A stretch of DNA of 54,503 nt, taken from positions 1-54,503 of the forward strand of contig CAXTCK010000002.1 in NCBI GenBank assembly GCA_964242425.1. Direction: 5' to 3'. The notes beneath the pieces are model-generated. The model made no database searches, had not been told where the DNA came from, and was given only the letters and a program-made list of their open reading frames with translations. The DNA comes from an uncultured Acetobacteraceae bacterium. Lineage in GTDB: Bacteria > Pseudomonadota > Alphaproteobacteria > Acetobacterales > Acetobacteraceae. How positions within the stretch are numbered: position 1 is the stretch's first letter; every line of letters begins with the position of its first letter. Shown here piece by piece: positions 8,811 through 17,973 of the stretch. A program made the position numbers and the translations under genes.

Positions 8811-9389
8811 ATGACGACAACGGCGAAGAAGACCGATCCGAAGCTGTGGGACAAGGTCAAGACCGAGGTCACGGAAGGCGACAAGGGCGGCAAGCCCAAG
8901 CAGTGGTCGGCGCGAAAGGCGCAGCTGGCGACGGCGGAATACAAGAAGGAAGGCGGCGGCTACGAGGGCGCCAAGTCGGAAGACAACCACCTGTCGCAGT
9001 GGACCAAGGAGGAGTGGGGCACGAAGTCGGGCGAGAAGTCCGGCGAAACCGGCGAGCGCTACCTGCCCAAGGAAGCGCGCAAGTCGCTGAAGGGCTCGGA
9101 ATACGAGCGCAGCACGGCCAAGAAGCGGGCCGACACGGCAAAGGGCAAGCAGTTCTCGGCCCAGCCAAAGGACGTGGCGAAGAAGACCGCGAAGCATCGC
9201 GACACCGGGCATGCTGACACCGGGCATGCCGAGGCCGGGCACGACAAGGGCAAGCACGATGCGAACAAGTCGGGCAAGGACGACCTCGGCGGGATGACCA
9301 GGCAGGCGCTGATGACGCGCGCGGCGGAGAAGAACGTGAAGGGGCGCTCGCGCATGAGGAAGGAGGAGCTGGTCGCTGCCCTGTCCTGA
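8811..9389 (+). CDS. Lys-rich conserved hypothetical protein (DUF5872-like) with C-terminal Rho_N-like motif
   Basis: AGGAG RBS. KTDPKLW, GGKPKQWSARKAQL, ERYLP; ends in KGRSRMRKEELVAAL. Confidence 0.85.
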   Translation: MTTTAKKTDPKLWDKVKTEVTEGDKGGKPKQWSARKAQLATAEYKKEGGGYEGAKSEDNHLSQWTKEEWGTKSGEKSGETGERYLPKEARKSLKGSEYERSTAKKRADTAKGKQFSAQPKDVAKKTAKHRDTGHADTGHAEAGHDKGKHDANKSGKDDLGGMTRQALMTRAAEKNVKGRSRMRKEELVAALS

Positions 9390-9416
9390 CGGGCACGCGA
9401 CAAGCTAGCCTCGCGT

Positions 9417-10154
9417 ATGACCGACGAAACGCTGCACCACGTCCAACACGCCGGGATCAGGCTGGCGGCACGGCACCGCCCGGGCGACGGGCCGACGCTG
9501 GTATTCCTGCCCGGACTGCGCAGCGACATGAAGGGCGACAAGGCGACGGCGCTCACCGCCCATGCCCGGCACCGTGGCCGGGCCTCGCTGCGGCTGGACT
9601 ACTCCGGGCACGGCGAAAGCGGCGGGCGCTTCACCGATGGTACGATCGGCGTCTGGCGTGACGACGCGCTGGCGGTGATCGAGGCCCTGACGCCGGGACC
9701 GCTGGTGCTGGTGGGCTCGTCCATGGGCGGGTGGATCGGGCTGCTGCTGGCGATGGCGCTCGGGGCACGTGTCCATGGCTTCGTGGGCATCGCGGCAGCA
9801 CCCGACTTCACGGTGGCGATGGAGGCCGGCTTCGACGCCGTGCAACGGGCGACGCTGGCGCGGGACGGCATGGTGATGCTGCCCACGACGCCGGACCCGA
9901 CGCCGTTGACGCGACAGGCGCTGGACGACGGCCTGGCCTGTCGCGTGCTGGGCCAGCCGATCCCCCTGTCCTGCCCGGTCCGGCTGCTGCACGGCCAACG
10001 CGACACGGTGGTCGACTGGCAGCGGGCGCTGGCGATCGCAGACGCGGTCGAGAACGGCGATTGCCAGGTTCTGCTGGTGAAGGACGGGGACCACAGGTTG
10101 TCAAGGCCGCAGGATATTCAACTTCTGATTGCGGCAGTGGACGGGCTCGGTTAG
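9417..10154 (+). CDS. Alpha/beta hydrolase
   Basis: FLPGLRSDMKGDKA, nucleophile elbow GSSMGG, DGDHRLS. Confidence 0.93.
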   Translation: MTDETLHHVQHAGIRLAARHRPGDGPTLVFLPGLRSDMKGDKATALTAHARHRGRASLRLDYSGHGESGGRFTDGTIGVWRDDALAVIEALTPGPLVLVGSSMGGWIGLLLAMALGARVHGFVGIAAAPDFTVAMEAGFDAVQRATLARDGMVMLPTTPDPTPLTRQALDDGLACRVLGQPIPLSCPVRLLHGQRDTVVDWQRALAIADAVENGDCQVLLVKDGDHRLSRPQDIQLLIAAVDGLG

Positions 10155-10160
10155 CATCGC

Positions 10161-11018
10161 TCAACCACCCGCCGCCAGGATGGCGCGCAGTCCCTCGCGA
10201 TAGGTCGGATGACGCCATTGTCGTTGCAGCGCTTCCCGGGTCAGCCGGCTCGACACCTTGCGGTTCTCGGCCCAGAAGCTGCGGCCCATCGGGCTCATGG
10301 CCGGCAGCGCCTCCGCGAACGGAACCGCGGGCGGCGGCGGCAAGCCCAGCAGGCGGGCGGCTTCCTCGATCACCACGGCGCTCTCGGCCGGCAGGTCGTC
10401 GCTCAGGTTGAGCACGCGCAGGGGCAGGCCCGCCTCCATCGCGGCCAGCGTGGCACCGGCGATGTCGTCGCGGTGGATGCGGCCGAAGCAGTGGCCAGGC
10501 GCGATCACGCGACGGCTTTCGCCCTCGCGAAGAGCATCGAACACGCTGCGGCCGGGGCCATAGATGCCGGCCAGGCGGAGGATGTCGCAGCGGGCGCCGA
10601 GCCCGGCGGCAAGCGCTGCCCAGTTCCGTTCGGCGGCGACGCGCCGCTGGCCGCGCGGTCCGGTCGGCGCCGGGGGAGTGGTTTCGTCGACCCAGCCGCC
10701 GTCGCGGTCGCCATAAACGCCCGTGGTGGAGAAATAGCCGATCCAGTCCGGCCGATGCCGCCGCATCGCTTCCCCGAGCAGGCGAAGGATCGGGTCGCCG
10801 TCCGCGTCGGGCGGGGCGCCGGCCAGCCAGTGCGTCGCGTCGGCGAGCAGGGCAGCGGCCTCGTCCGGCCGCACCAGCGTCACGCCGGACGGCGGTGCGG
10901 CGCCGTCGGGATGGCGGCGGGTGGCGGTGACGCGGTAGCCGGCCTGCACGGCGCAGGCGGCCAGCGCCGTGGCGGAATATCCCAGGCCGAACACCAGCAG
11001 GTGCTGTGGCGCGCTCAT
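10161..11018 (-). CDS. NAD-dependent epimerase/dehydratase (atypical SDR)
   Basis: LVFGLGYS, STTGVYGD, RLAGIYGPGR, RIHRDDIA. Confidence 0.92.
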   Translation of the reverse strand: MSAPQHLLVFGLGYSATALAACAVQAGYRVTATRRHPDGAAPPSGVTLVRPDEAAALLADATHWLAGAPPDADGDPILRLLGEAMRRHRPDWIGYFSTTGVYGDRDGGWVDETTPPAPTGPRGQRRVAAERNWAALAAGLGARCDILRLAGIYGPGRSVFDALREGESRRVIAPGHCFGRIHRDDIAGATLAAMEAGLPLRVLNLSDDLPAESAVVIEEAARLLGLPPPPAVPFAEALPAMSPMGRSFWAENRKVSSRLTREALQRQWRHPTYREGLRAILAAGG

Positions 11019-11104
11019 GGACGGCCCGGCTTCACAACTGCGGAATGGACGTCGCCGGCGCTTGACCCTTGCCCGGTTCGGCGCGGCAGAATGGGATCGT
11101 CGTC

Positions 11105-11956
11105 ATGAAGCGCATCCTGTCCTTTCTCGGCCTGCTGCCGCCCGCCGTCCTGGTGGCCGGGTCGGCCATCCTGGTCATCGAGCCGGCACGGGCGGCCGGG
11201 CCGGTGCAGCGGGCGGCGGGGGTGCAACGCCTGGCGCGGCTGGAGGCTCCGCCGCGACGCGCACCGCTCGTCGCAACCGCGGTCACCGTAAACCCCTGCC
11301 TGGCGCTGGTGTCGAGCGATCCGGCCGGCGCTTCGGACTATGCGGCAGACTGGTCGAAGCGCAACGGCGGCGACGAGGCGGCACAGTGCGCCGCGCTGGC
11401 CGAGGTGGCGCTCGGCGATCCGGAAGCCGGCGCCGTGGCGCTGGACGCGCTTTCCCGCCAGGCGCTGCTTCCCGAACAACGGCGTGCGGTGCTGGCGGAC
11501 CAGGCGTCGCAGGCGTGGCTGTCCGCGGCCAAACCGGACCAGGCGCTCGCCGCCTCGACGCTGGCGGTGTCGCTCGAACCGGGCAACCCGTCGCTCCTGA
11601 CCGACCGGGCACGCGCAGCACTCGCGGCCGGACGGGCCGACGGGGCGGTAGCGGACCTGTCCACGGTGCTGGCAGCCCATCCCGGGCAGGCCGAAGCGCT
11701 GGTGGTGCGTGCCACCGCCTATCGCAAGCTGGACCGGCTGGATGCGGCGCGCGCCGACATCGACGCGGCCTGCGCGGTGCTGCCGGACGAGCCGGAAGCG
11801 CTGCTGGAGCGCGGCATCCTGCGCGAGCGGTCGGGCGACCTCGATGGCGCCCGCAGCGACTGGAGCCGGGTGCTGTCGGTATCGCCGGACACGCACGAGG
11901 CCGACCTGGCGCAGCAGGACCTGGCGCTGCTGGACGCCGGGCCGGACGCGCGCTGA
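11105..11956 (+). CDS. Exported TPR-repeat protein
   Basis: Signal-like MKRILSFLGLL...; TPR helices (ALLERGILR). Confidence 0.82.
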   Translation: MKRILSFLGLLPPAVLVAGSAILVIEPARAAGPVQRAAGVQRLARLEAPPRRAPLVATAVTVNPCLALVSSDPAGASDYAADWSKRNGGDEAAQCAALAEVALGDPEAGAVALDALSRQALLPEQRRAVLADQASQAWLSAAKPDQALAASTLAVSLEPGNPSLLTDRARAALAAGRADGAVADLSTVLAAHPGQAEALVVRATAYRKLDRLDAARADIDAACAVLPDEPEALLERGILRERSGDLDGARSDWSRVLSVSPDTHEADLAQQDLALLDAGPDAR

Positions 11957-11962
11957 GGAAGT

Positions 11963-13144
11963 TCAGCGTCGGTCGGCGAAGAAGCCGGCGATGCGGTGGC
12001 AGGCCTGCCGCAGCCGTTCCTCCTCCACCGCGAAGCACAGCCTGAGGCACCCCTCCCCCGCCGGCCCGAAGGCGCGGCCGGGGGCCAGCCCGACGCGTGC
12101 CTCGCGCAGCAGCGACTTGGCCAAGGCGAGGCTGTCGGCGCAGCCGTCCACCGAGAAGAACGAGTACATCGCGCCGTCCGGACATGGCACCGCGACCCCC
12201 GGGATCGCGCCCAGCAGCGTGCAGGCGAGGTCGCGGCGGGCGCGCGTGCGAGCCACCGACTCGGCCACGAACGGCTCGCCCTGCTCGAGGGCGGCGATCG
12301 CGGCGCGCTGGATGAAGGCGGGCGCACAGGAGGTGCTGTATTCCACCAGCTTGCCGAGCGCCGGCATCAGCGGCTCCGGCGCGTTGATCCAGCCGAGCCG
12401 CCAGCCGGTCATCGCCCAGGTCTTGGAGAACGAGTTGATCGCGATCACGCGGTCGTCCGGCTCCGCGATCTCCCCGAACGCGGGCGCCGCCGGGCGGTCG
12501 AACACCAGGCGCTCGTACACGTCGTCGGCCAGGATCCAGATGCCGAGGCGGCGGCAATGCCCGAGCAGCACGGCCTGCTCGTCCGCCGACAGCATCCAGC
12601 CGGTGGGATTGGCAGGCGCGTTCAGGATCACCATGCGCGTGCCGGGCGTGAGGGATCCGAGCAGCTGGTCAAGGTCCATGCGCCACCGGCCGGCCTGGAG
12701 GCGAAGCGGCACCGTGTCGATCACGGCGCCGGCCACGGCCGGGATGCCGCCGAGGTTCGGCCAGTGCGGCGTCGGCAGCACGACCCGGTCGCCCGGCGAC
12801 AGCAGCGCCTGGCAGACCACGTGAACGGCGTTCACGCCGGACGGGGTGACGCACACGCGTTCCGGCGCCGACCTGCGGCCGAGCCCGGTCTGGTAGCGGC
12901 TGATCGCCTGGCGCAGCGGGGCGATGCCGTAGTTCGAGGTGTAGAAGGTGTCGCCCTCGTCGAGGGCCTGCTTTGCCGCCTCGCGGATGAAGGCCGGGGT
13001 GTGCGTGTCCGGCTCGCCGAACCAGAGCGGGATCACGTCCGCCAGGCCGGCGCCGGCGTGCGCCACCTCGCGTATCAGCGAGCCCGGCAGCGACTCAACC
13101 TCGGTTCGCGCCAGGGTGTCGAAGCCGGGATGGCGTGGGTGCAT
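11963..13144 (-). CDS. PLP-dependent class I/II aminotransferase
   Basis: LWFGEPD, NAPANPTG, ADDVY, SFSKTWAMTGWRLG. Confidence 0.94.
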   Translation of the reverse strand: MHPRHPGFDTLARTEVESLPGSLIREVAHAGAGLADVIPLWFGEPDTHTPAFIREAAKQALDEGDTFYTSNYGIAPLRQAISRYQTGLGRRSAPERVCVTPSGVNAVHVVCQALLSPGDRVVLPTPHWPNLGGIPAVAGAVIDTVPLRLQAGRWRMDLDQLLGSLTPGTRMVILNAPANPTGWMLSADEQAVLLGHCRRLGIWILADDVYERLVFDRPAAPAFGEIAEPDDRVIAINSFSKTWAMTGWRLGWINAPEPLMPALGKLVEYSTSCAPAFIQRAAIAALEQGEPFVAESVARTRARRDLACTLLGAIPGVAVPCPDGAMYSFFSVDGCADSLALAKSLLREARVGLAPGRAFGPAGEGCLRLCFAVEEERLRQACHRIAGFFADRR

Positions 13145-13277
13145 GATGAATGGTCCTGCGCTCGCGCGGCGGAAGAAGACGGGTCGCGAGGGCACTAGCA
13201 CGTCCCGGTGCGGCCGGGCCTGCGCGTTTCCGGAATAGGCGCCTCAGGCGGCGCCGAGCTTTCTTGAAACGCGCGCC

Positions 13278-14480
13278 TCAGGCGGCGCTGCCGGCGGCCC
13301 AGCCGCTCGACCAGGCCCACTGGAAGTTGTAGCCGCCGAGCCAGCCGGTGACGTCCACCGCCTCGCCCACGAAGAACAGGCCGGGCACGGTTCTCGCCTC
13401 CATGGTGCGGGACGACAGGGCGGCGGTGTCGATGCCGCCGCGCATCACCTCGGCCTTGGCATAGCCTTCGGTGCCGGTGGGGAAGAGCCGCCAGTCGCCG
13501 AGCCGGGCGGCGACGGCGTTCAGGGTCGCGGCAGGCAGGCCGCCGAGCGGGCCGGCGGCGTCGTGCTCGGCCACCACCGCCTGGGCCAGGCGCTGCGGCA
13601 GCAGCTCGGCCAGGATCGTGCCGAGCTCGGCCCTGCCGCGCGTCTGCCGCCGCTGCTTCAGGTGGGTGCCGACGTCGCGGCCGGGGGCGAGGTCGAGCCG
13701 GAGCGCCTCGCCCTGCTGCCAATAGGAGGACACCTGCAGCAGCGCCGGACCGGACAGGCCGCGATGGGTGAACAGCATCGCCTCGGGGAACGCGGCGGTG
13801 CCGCAGCGGGCCACCACGTCCAGCGACACGCCGGCCAGGCTGCGCATCGCGTCCTGTGCCGCACCCGTGAAGGTGAACGGCACCAGGGCCGGGCCGGTCG
13901 GGGTCAGGGGGATGCCGAACCGCCGCGCGACGTCGAAGGCGAAGCCGGTGGCGCCGAGCTTGGGGATCGACAGGCCGCCGGTGGCGACGATCAGGCTGGA
14001 TGCCATGAAGCTGCCGCGGTCGGTGGCGACGCGCCAGTCGTCCGGGCGCTCGATCGCGGACACGCGCTGCCCGGTGCGGAGCACGACGCCGGCCGCGTCG
14101 CACTCGGCCAGGAGCATGGACACGATCTGGCGCGCGGAGCCTTCGCAGAACAGCTGGCCCAGGGTCTTCTCGTGCCAAACGATGCGGTGGCGCTCGACCA
14201 GGGCAAGGAAGTCGTCGGCGGTGTAGCGCGCCAGGGCGGAGCGGCAGAAGTGCTGGTTCTGCGACAGGTAGCGCTCGGGGCGGCAGTCCCGGTTGGTGAA
14301 GTTGCAGCGGCCGCCGCCGGAGATGACGATCTTGGCGCCGGGCTCCGCGGCATGGTCGAGCAGCAGCACGCGTCGGCCGCGCCCTCCCGCCGCGATCGCC
14401 GCCATCAGCCCGGCGGCGCCGGCACCCAGGATGACGACGTCGTAGCGGGCCGGACGCGCGGCAAGGGCGGGCTCAGAAAT
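13278..14480 (-). CDS. HI0933/YhiN-family NAD(P)/FAD-dependent flavoprotein
   Basis: YDVVILGAGAAG lies in frame upstream of ATG 14405. ISGGGRCNFTN, ATGGLSIP, GGYNFQWA. The ATT start at 14480 is tentative. Confidence 0.92.
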   Translation of the reverse strand: MSEPALAARPARYDVVILGAGAAGLMAAIAAGGRGRRVLLLDHAAEPGAKIVISGGGRCNFTNRDCRPERYLSQNQHFCRSALARYTADDFLALVERHRIVWHEKTLGQLFCEGSARQIVSMLLAECDAAGVVLRTGQRVSAIERPDDWRVATDRGSFMASSLIVATGGLSIPKLGATGFAFDVARRFGIPLTPTGPALVPFTFTGAAQDAMRSLAGVSLDVVARCGTAAFPEAMLFTHRGLSGPALLQVSSYWQQGEALRLDLAPGRDVGTHLKQRRQTRGRAELGTILAELLPQRLAQAVVAEHDAAGPLGGLPAATLNAVAARLGDWRLFPTGTEGYAKAEVMRGGIDTAALSSRTMEARTVPGLFFVGEAVDVTGWLGGYNFQWAWSSGWAAGSAA

Positions 14481-15141
14481 CGAGGTCGCCGTAGTGCTCG
14501 GGCGGGTTGATGCCGATCACGCGGTCGCCCAGCAGGGCACGGAAGCAGGGGCGCGACTTCACCCGGGCGTACCAGTCCTTGGTCGGCGGGCTCAGCGACC
14601 AGTCGATGTCGGCGATGTAGTCGAGCGAGGACAGCTGGGCGGCGGCGGCGAAGTCGGCCAGGGACAGGGAGGGGCCGGCGAGCCACTTCCGGGTCTCGGC
14701 GAGCCAGCCGATATAGTCCAGGTGGTAGCGTATGTTGGCGTAGCCGGCGCGAAGCGCTGTGGCGTCCGGGTTGCCGCGGCCCATCAGGCGCTTGAGGTAC
14801 TTCTCGCCAAGCAGGTTGCGCGTCACCTCGTGGTGGAACTTGCCGTCGAACCAGGCGGCGAGCCGGCGCACCTCGACCCGCTCGGCCAGCGTGCGGCCGA
14901 GCAAGGGCGTGTCGGGATAGGCCTCCTCGAGATACTCGCAGATCACGCCGGAATCCGGGATGGACAGGCCGTTCTCCTCCACCAGCATCGGCACGGTGCC
15001 GGCCGGGTTGAGGTCGAGGAACTCGGGCCGGCGCTCCCACACCTTTTCCACCTTCAACTCGAACGGCAGCCGCTTTTCCGACAGCACCAGGCGGACCTTG
15101 CGCGAGAACGGCGACAACGGGATGTGGTGCAGGATTCGCAT
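14473..15141 (-). CDS. fzlA: GST-family FtsZ-binding protein FzlA
   Basis: LHHIPLSPFSRKVRL, EKRLPF, WFDGKF, SLADFAAAA, KSRPCFR and C-terminal HYGDLDF resemble Caulobacter FzlA as I recall it. Confidence 0.85.
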   Translation of the reverse strand: MRILHHIPLSPFSRKVRLVLSEKRLPFELKVEKVWERRPEFLDLNPAGTVPMLVEENGLSIPDSGVICEYLEEAYPDTPLLGRTLAERVEVRRLAAWFDGKFHHEVTRNLLGEKYLKRLMGRGNPDATALRAGYANIRYHLDYIGWLAETRKWLAGPSLSLADFAAAAQLSSLDYIADIDWSLSPPTKDWYARVKSRPCFRALLGDRVIGINPPEHYGDLDF

Positions 15142-15286
15142 GGGCGCGGACCGTATTTCATCCCACTGCCGGTTGCCAGAGAGGTTGCCGCGGAGCCGGT
15201 GCGGGGCGAACGGAACGATACCGATTTGATCGCAGCGCGTCCGGCGTGCATGCTGCGCTGGCTTCCCCCGTCTTCCGAGGCTTCCC

Positions 15287-16105
15287 GTGCCAGACCAAGC
15301 CGCCGAAACCGATGCCCACGGCAACCCCGAACCGGGCGCCAATCCTGGTGCGGGCCCTGGTGCGGGCCTTGGTGCAGGCACCGGTGCAGGCCCTGGCGCA
15401 AACCTGGGCGAGCCGCGTCCGCTGCCGCAGATACGGGTGCGCGGGCGCTCGTTCATGGCGCTGGTGTTGTCCCCCGAGCCGCCGCTCGTCGACTGGCTCG
15501 GGGGCCTCGACGTGCAGATCAACAAGTCGTCCGCGTTCTTCGAGGCGCGTCCGGTGGTGCTGGATTGCGGGCTGCTGAACGGGGAGGATCACGGGCTGGA
15601 CGGGCTGGTGCCGGCGCTGCTGGAGCGCGGCATCCGGCTGATCGAGATCGAGAACGCCGATCCGGCCTGGCCGGCCACCGCCACCTGGACCTGGCCGGAC
15701 GGCTACAGCGGCGGGCGGGCGATCGGGACGGTGGAGGTCCCGGAGGAAGCGCTTCCGCCACCGCCCGACCCGTCGCGCGCGTCGCTGCTGATCGACGAGC
15801 CGGTGCGCTCCGGGCAGATCGTGTCGTATCCGGACGGCGACGTGGTGGTGCTGGGTTCGGTGGCGTCGGGGGCTGAAGTGTCCGCGGGCGGGTCGATCCA
15901 CGTGTATGGCGCGCTGCGCGGCCGGGCGTTGGCCGGAGTCGGCGGCAACGCGGCGGCCCGCATCCTGTGCCGCCGGATGTGCGCGGAGCTGCTGGCGATC
16001 GACGGGCTGTACATGACGGCGGAGGACATGCCGGCGGAGCGGATCGGGCGCTCGGTGCAGGCCAGGCTCGACGGGCAGTCGCTGGTGCTGTTACCGCTCG
16101 ATTGA
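15287..16105 (+). CDS. minC: Septum site-determining protein MinC
   Basis: RGRSFMALVL, PVRSGQ, SIHVYGALRGRALAG; first gene of the min operon. Start uncertain. Confidence 0.95.
   Translation: MPDQAAETDAHGNPEPGANPGAGPGAGLGAGTGAGPGANLGEPRPLPQIRVRGRSFMALVLSPEPPLVDWLGGLDVQINKSSAFFEARPVVLDCGLLNGEDHGLDGLVPALLERGIRLIEIENADPAWPATATWTWPDGYSGGRAIGTVEVPEEALPPPPDPSRASLLIDEPVRSGQIVSYPDGDVVVLGSVASGAEVSAGGSIHVYGALRGRALAGVGGNAAARILCRRMCAELLAIDGLYMTAEDMPAERIGRSVQARLDGQSLVLLPLD
15332..15403 (+). repeat. Six degenerate 12-bp repeats encoding PGAG-like units in the MinC N-terminus
   Basis: ccgggcgccaat cctggtgcgggc cctggtgcgggc cttggtgcaggc accggtgcaggc cctggcgcaaac. Confidence 0.8.
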
Positions 16106-16181
16106 GGTAGGAACAACGCCCGAGCACGGTATGGTCCGCATCGGGACCACCGTGGGGTCGTCGGCTGGGGAAGGTTTGCGC

Positions 16182-17030
16182 ATGGCCAAGGTGGTGGTCG
16201 TTACATCGGGCAAGGGCGGGGTCGGCAAGACCACCTCCACCGCCGCCCTCGGCGCCGCCCTGGCACAGGGCTCGCCCGGCCTGCACGGGCAGCCGGGAAA
16301 GCCGGGCCAGAACGTGGTGGTGGTGGACTTCGACGTGGGGCTTCGCAACCTCGACCTGGTGATGGGGGCCGAGCGCCGCGTGGTGTTCGACCTGATCAAC
16401 GTGGTGCAGGGCGATGCCAAGCTTTCCCAGGCGCTGATACGCGACAAGCGTGTGGAAACGCTGTCGATCCTGCCGGCCAGCCAGACACGCGACAAGGACG
16501 CGCTGACCGCGGACGGGGTGGCGCGGGTGATCGCCGAGCTGCGGGAGAAGTTCGACTGGATCCTGTGCGACAGCCCGGCCGGGATCGAGAAGGGCGCGCA
16601 GCTGGCGATGTACCATGCCGACGAGGCGGTGGTGGTGACCAACCCGGAAGTGTCGTCGGTGCGCGACAGCGACCGCATCATCGGCATGCTGGACAGCACC
16701 ACGGCCAAGGCCAAGGCGGGCGAGAAGATGCCCAAGCACCTTCTGCTGACCCGCTACGACTCCGCACGTGCTGCGCGCGGCGAGATGCTTCGGATCGAGG
16801 ACGTGCTGGAAATCCTTTCCATCCCCCTGATCGGCATCATCCCGGAAAGCGAGGAGGTGCTCCGGGCCTCCAACCTCGGCGCGCCGGTGACTCTGAGCAA
16901 CGCCGACAGCGCGCCGTCGCGGGCGTATTTCGACGCGGTGCGGCGCTTGAAGGGTGAAGCGCTCGACATGAGCGTGCCGTCGGACAGGAAGGGCCTGATG
17001 GCCAAGCTGTTCAAGTGGAGGGCGGCATGA
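16182..17030 (+). CDS. minD: Septum site-determining ATPase MinD
   Basis: [29 protein letters not shown]-terminal amphipathic KGLMAKLF. Confidence 0.98.
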   Translation: MAKVVVVTSGKGGVGKTTSTAALGAALAQGSPGLHGQPGKPGQNVVVVDFDVGLRNLDLVMGAERRVVFDLINVVQGDAKLSQALIRDKRVETLSILPASQTRDKDALTADGVARVIAELREKFDWILCDSPAGIEKGAQLAMYHADEAVVVTNPEVSSVRDSDRIIGMLDSTTAKAKAGEKMPKHLLLTRYDSARAARGEMLRIEDVLEILSIPLIGIIPESEEVLRASNLGAPVTLSNADSAPSRAYFDAVRRLKGEALDMSVPSDRKGLMAKLFKWRAA

Positions 17031-17377
17031 GCTTCCTGGCCGGGCTGTTCGCCAGGCGCAGCTCCGCACCCGTGGCGCGCGACCGGCTGCAGATCCTGCT
17101 GGCGCACGAGCGCACGGCGGGCGAAGGGCAGAGCGAGCTGATCGCCAAGCTGCGCGAGGAGATCCTGGACGTGATCGCCCGGCACGTGCCGATCGACCGC
17201 GACAAGGTGCAGATCAAGCTCGACCGCGGGGCAGCCGTGTCCACGCTGGAGATCGACATCGAGGTGCCGGAGCTGAAGAAGCAGGTCGCGGCCGGCGCCG
17301 CTGCCGGCATCAAGGAGAACCTCCGGAGCAAGGCGGATCCGGCCAGCGGCACCCAGGGCCTGCCGACCGGACCCTGA
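17027..17377 (+). CDS. minE: Cell division topological specificity factor MinE
   Basis: [17 protein letters not shown]; ATGA overlap with minD. Confidence 0.96.
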   Translation: MSFLAGLFARRSSAPVARDRLQILLAHERTAGEGQSELIAKLREEILDVIARHVPIDRDKVQIKLDRGAAVSTLEIDIEVPELKKQVAAGAAAGIKENLRSKADPASGTQGLPTGP

Positions 17378-17720
17378 ACCAGGGCAGGGCTCCGACGGGT
17401 TAACGCGAGGCTTTGAAGGGTCGACAAGGCGTCCGCGTCCGTATTGCTTTGTTCCACCGCTGGGACCGCGGTATCATCACGGTCCCGTTACCAGACGGGC
17501 AGGATTGAACAACGGAACGACGCCCAAGCGTCGTGAAAGGCCGTTCATTATGTTCCAGGATCAAAACGTTCTGGCGCGCTAGGATGACCCGGAACGGGAT
17601 TCCGCGGCGGGATTTAACCGTTTCTGCAGGATCGGCGTCCAGGATCGGATGGTTGCCGCTGGAGTCGGCCATGGGCCGGAGAAGCGGCGGGAAAACGTTG
17701 CACGCCGTCGGGAGTCGCTC

Positions 17721-17912
17721 ATGAAGCCGCAGCGCGTCGTTCTCACCCCCGCACCGGGTGCCGTGTTCCTTCGAACCAACGCGGCGTCGGTGGAGATGAC
17801 GCCAGGGGAAGCGCTTCGCTTCTGCGAGGAGATCAGGTCGTGCATCCAGGTGGCCCTCGCCGCACAGGACGGTTCGGCGCTGCGCCACATGATGGGTCGG
17901 GTTCCGGGCTGA
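17721..17912 (+). CDS. Small hypothetical protein (63 aa)
   Basis: GGGAG RBS 6 nt before ATG; protein-like composition. Confidence 0.55.
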   Translation: MKPQRVVLTPAPGAVFLRTNAASVEMTPGEALRFCEEIRSCIQVALAAQDGSALRHMMGRVPG

Positions 17913-17973
17913 GCCTGGGCGTGGGTCCGGGCGCTCGCCCTGGCCCCGATTCGAAGGGACGCGGCGGTGGGGC

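Noticed and set aside
17500-17570. GTTC/GAAC repeats as an alphaproteobacterial LexA box
   Set aside because: Spacings are 4-5 nt, not the required 7.
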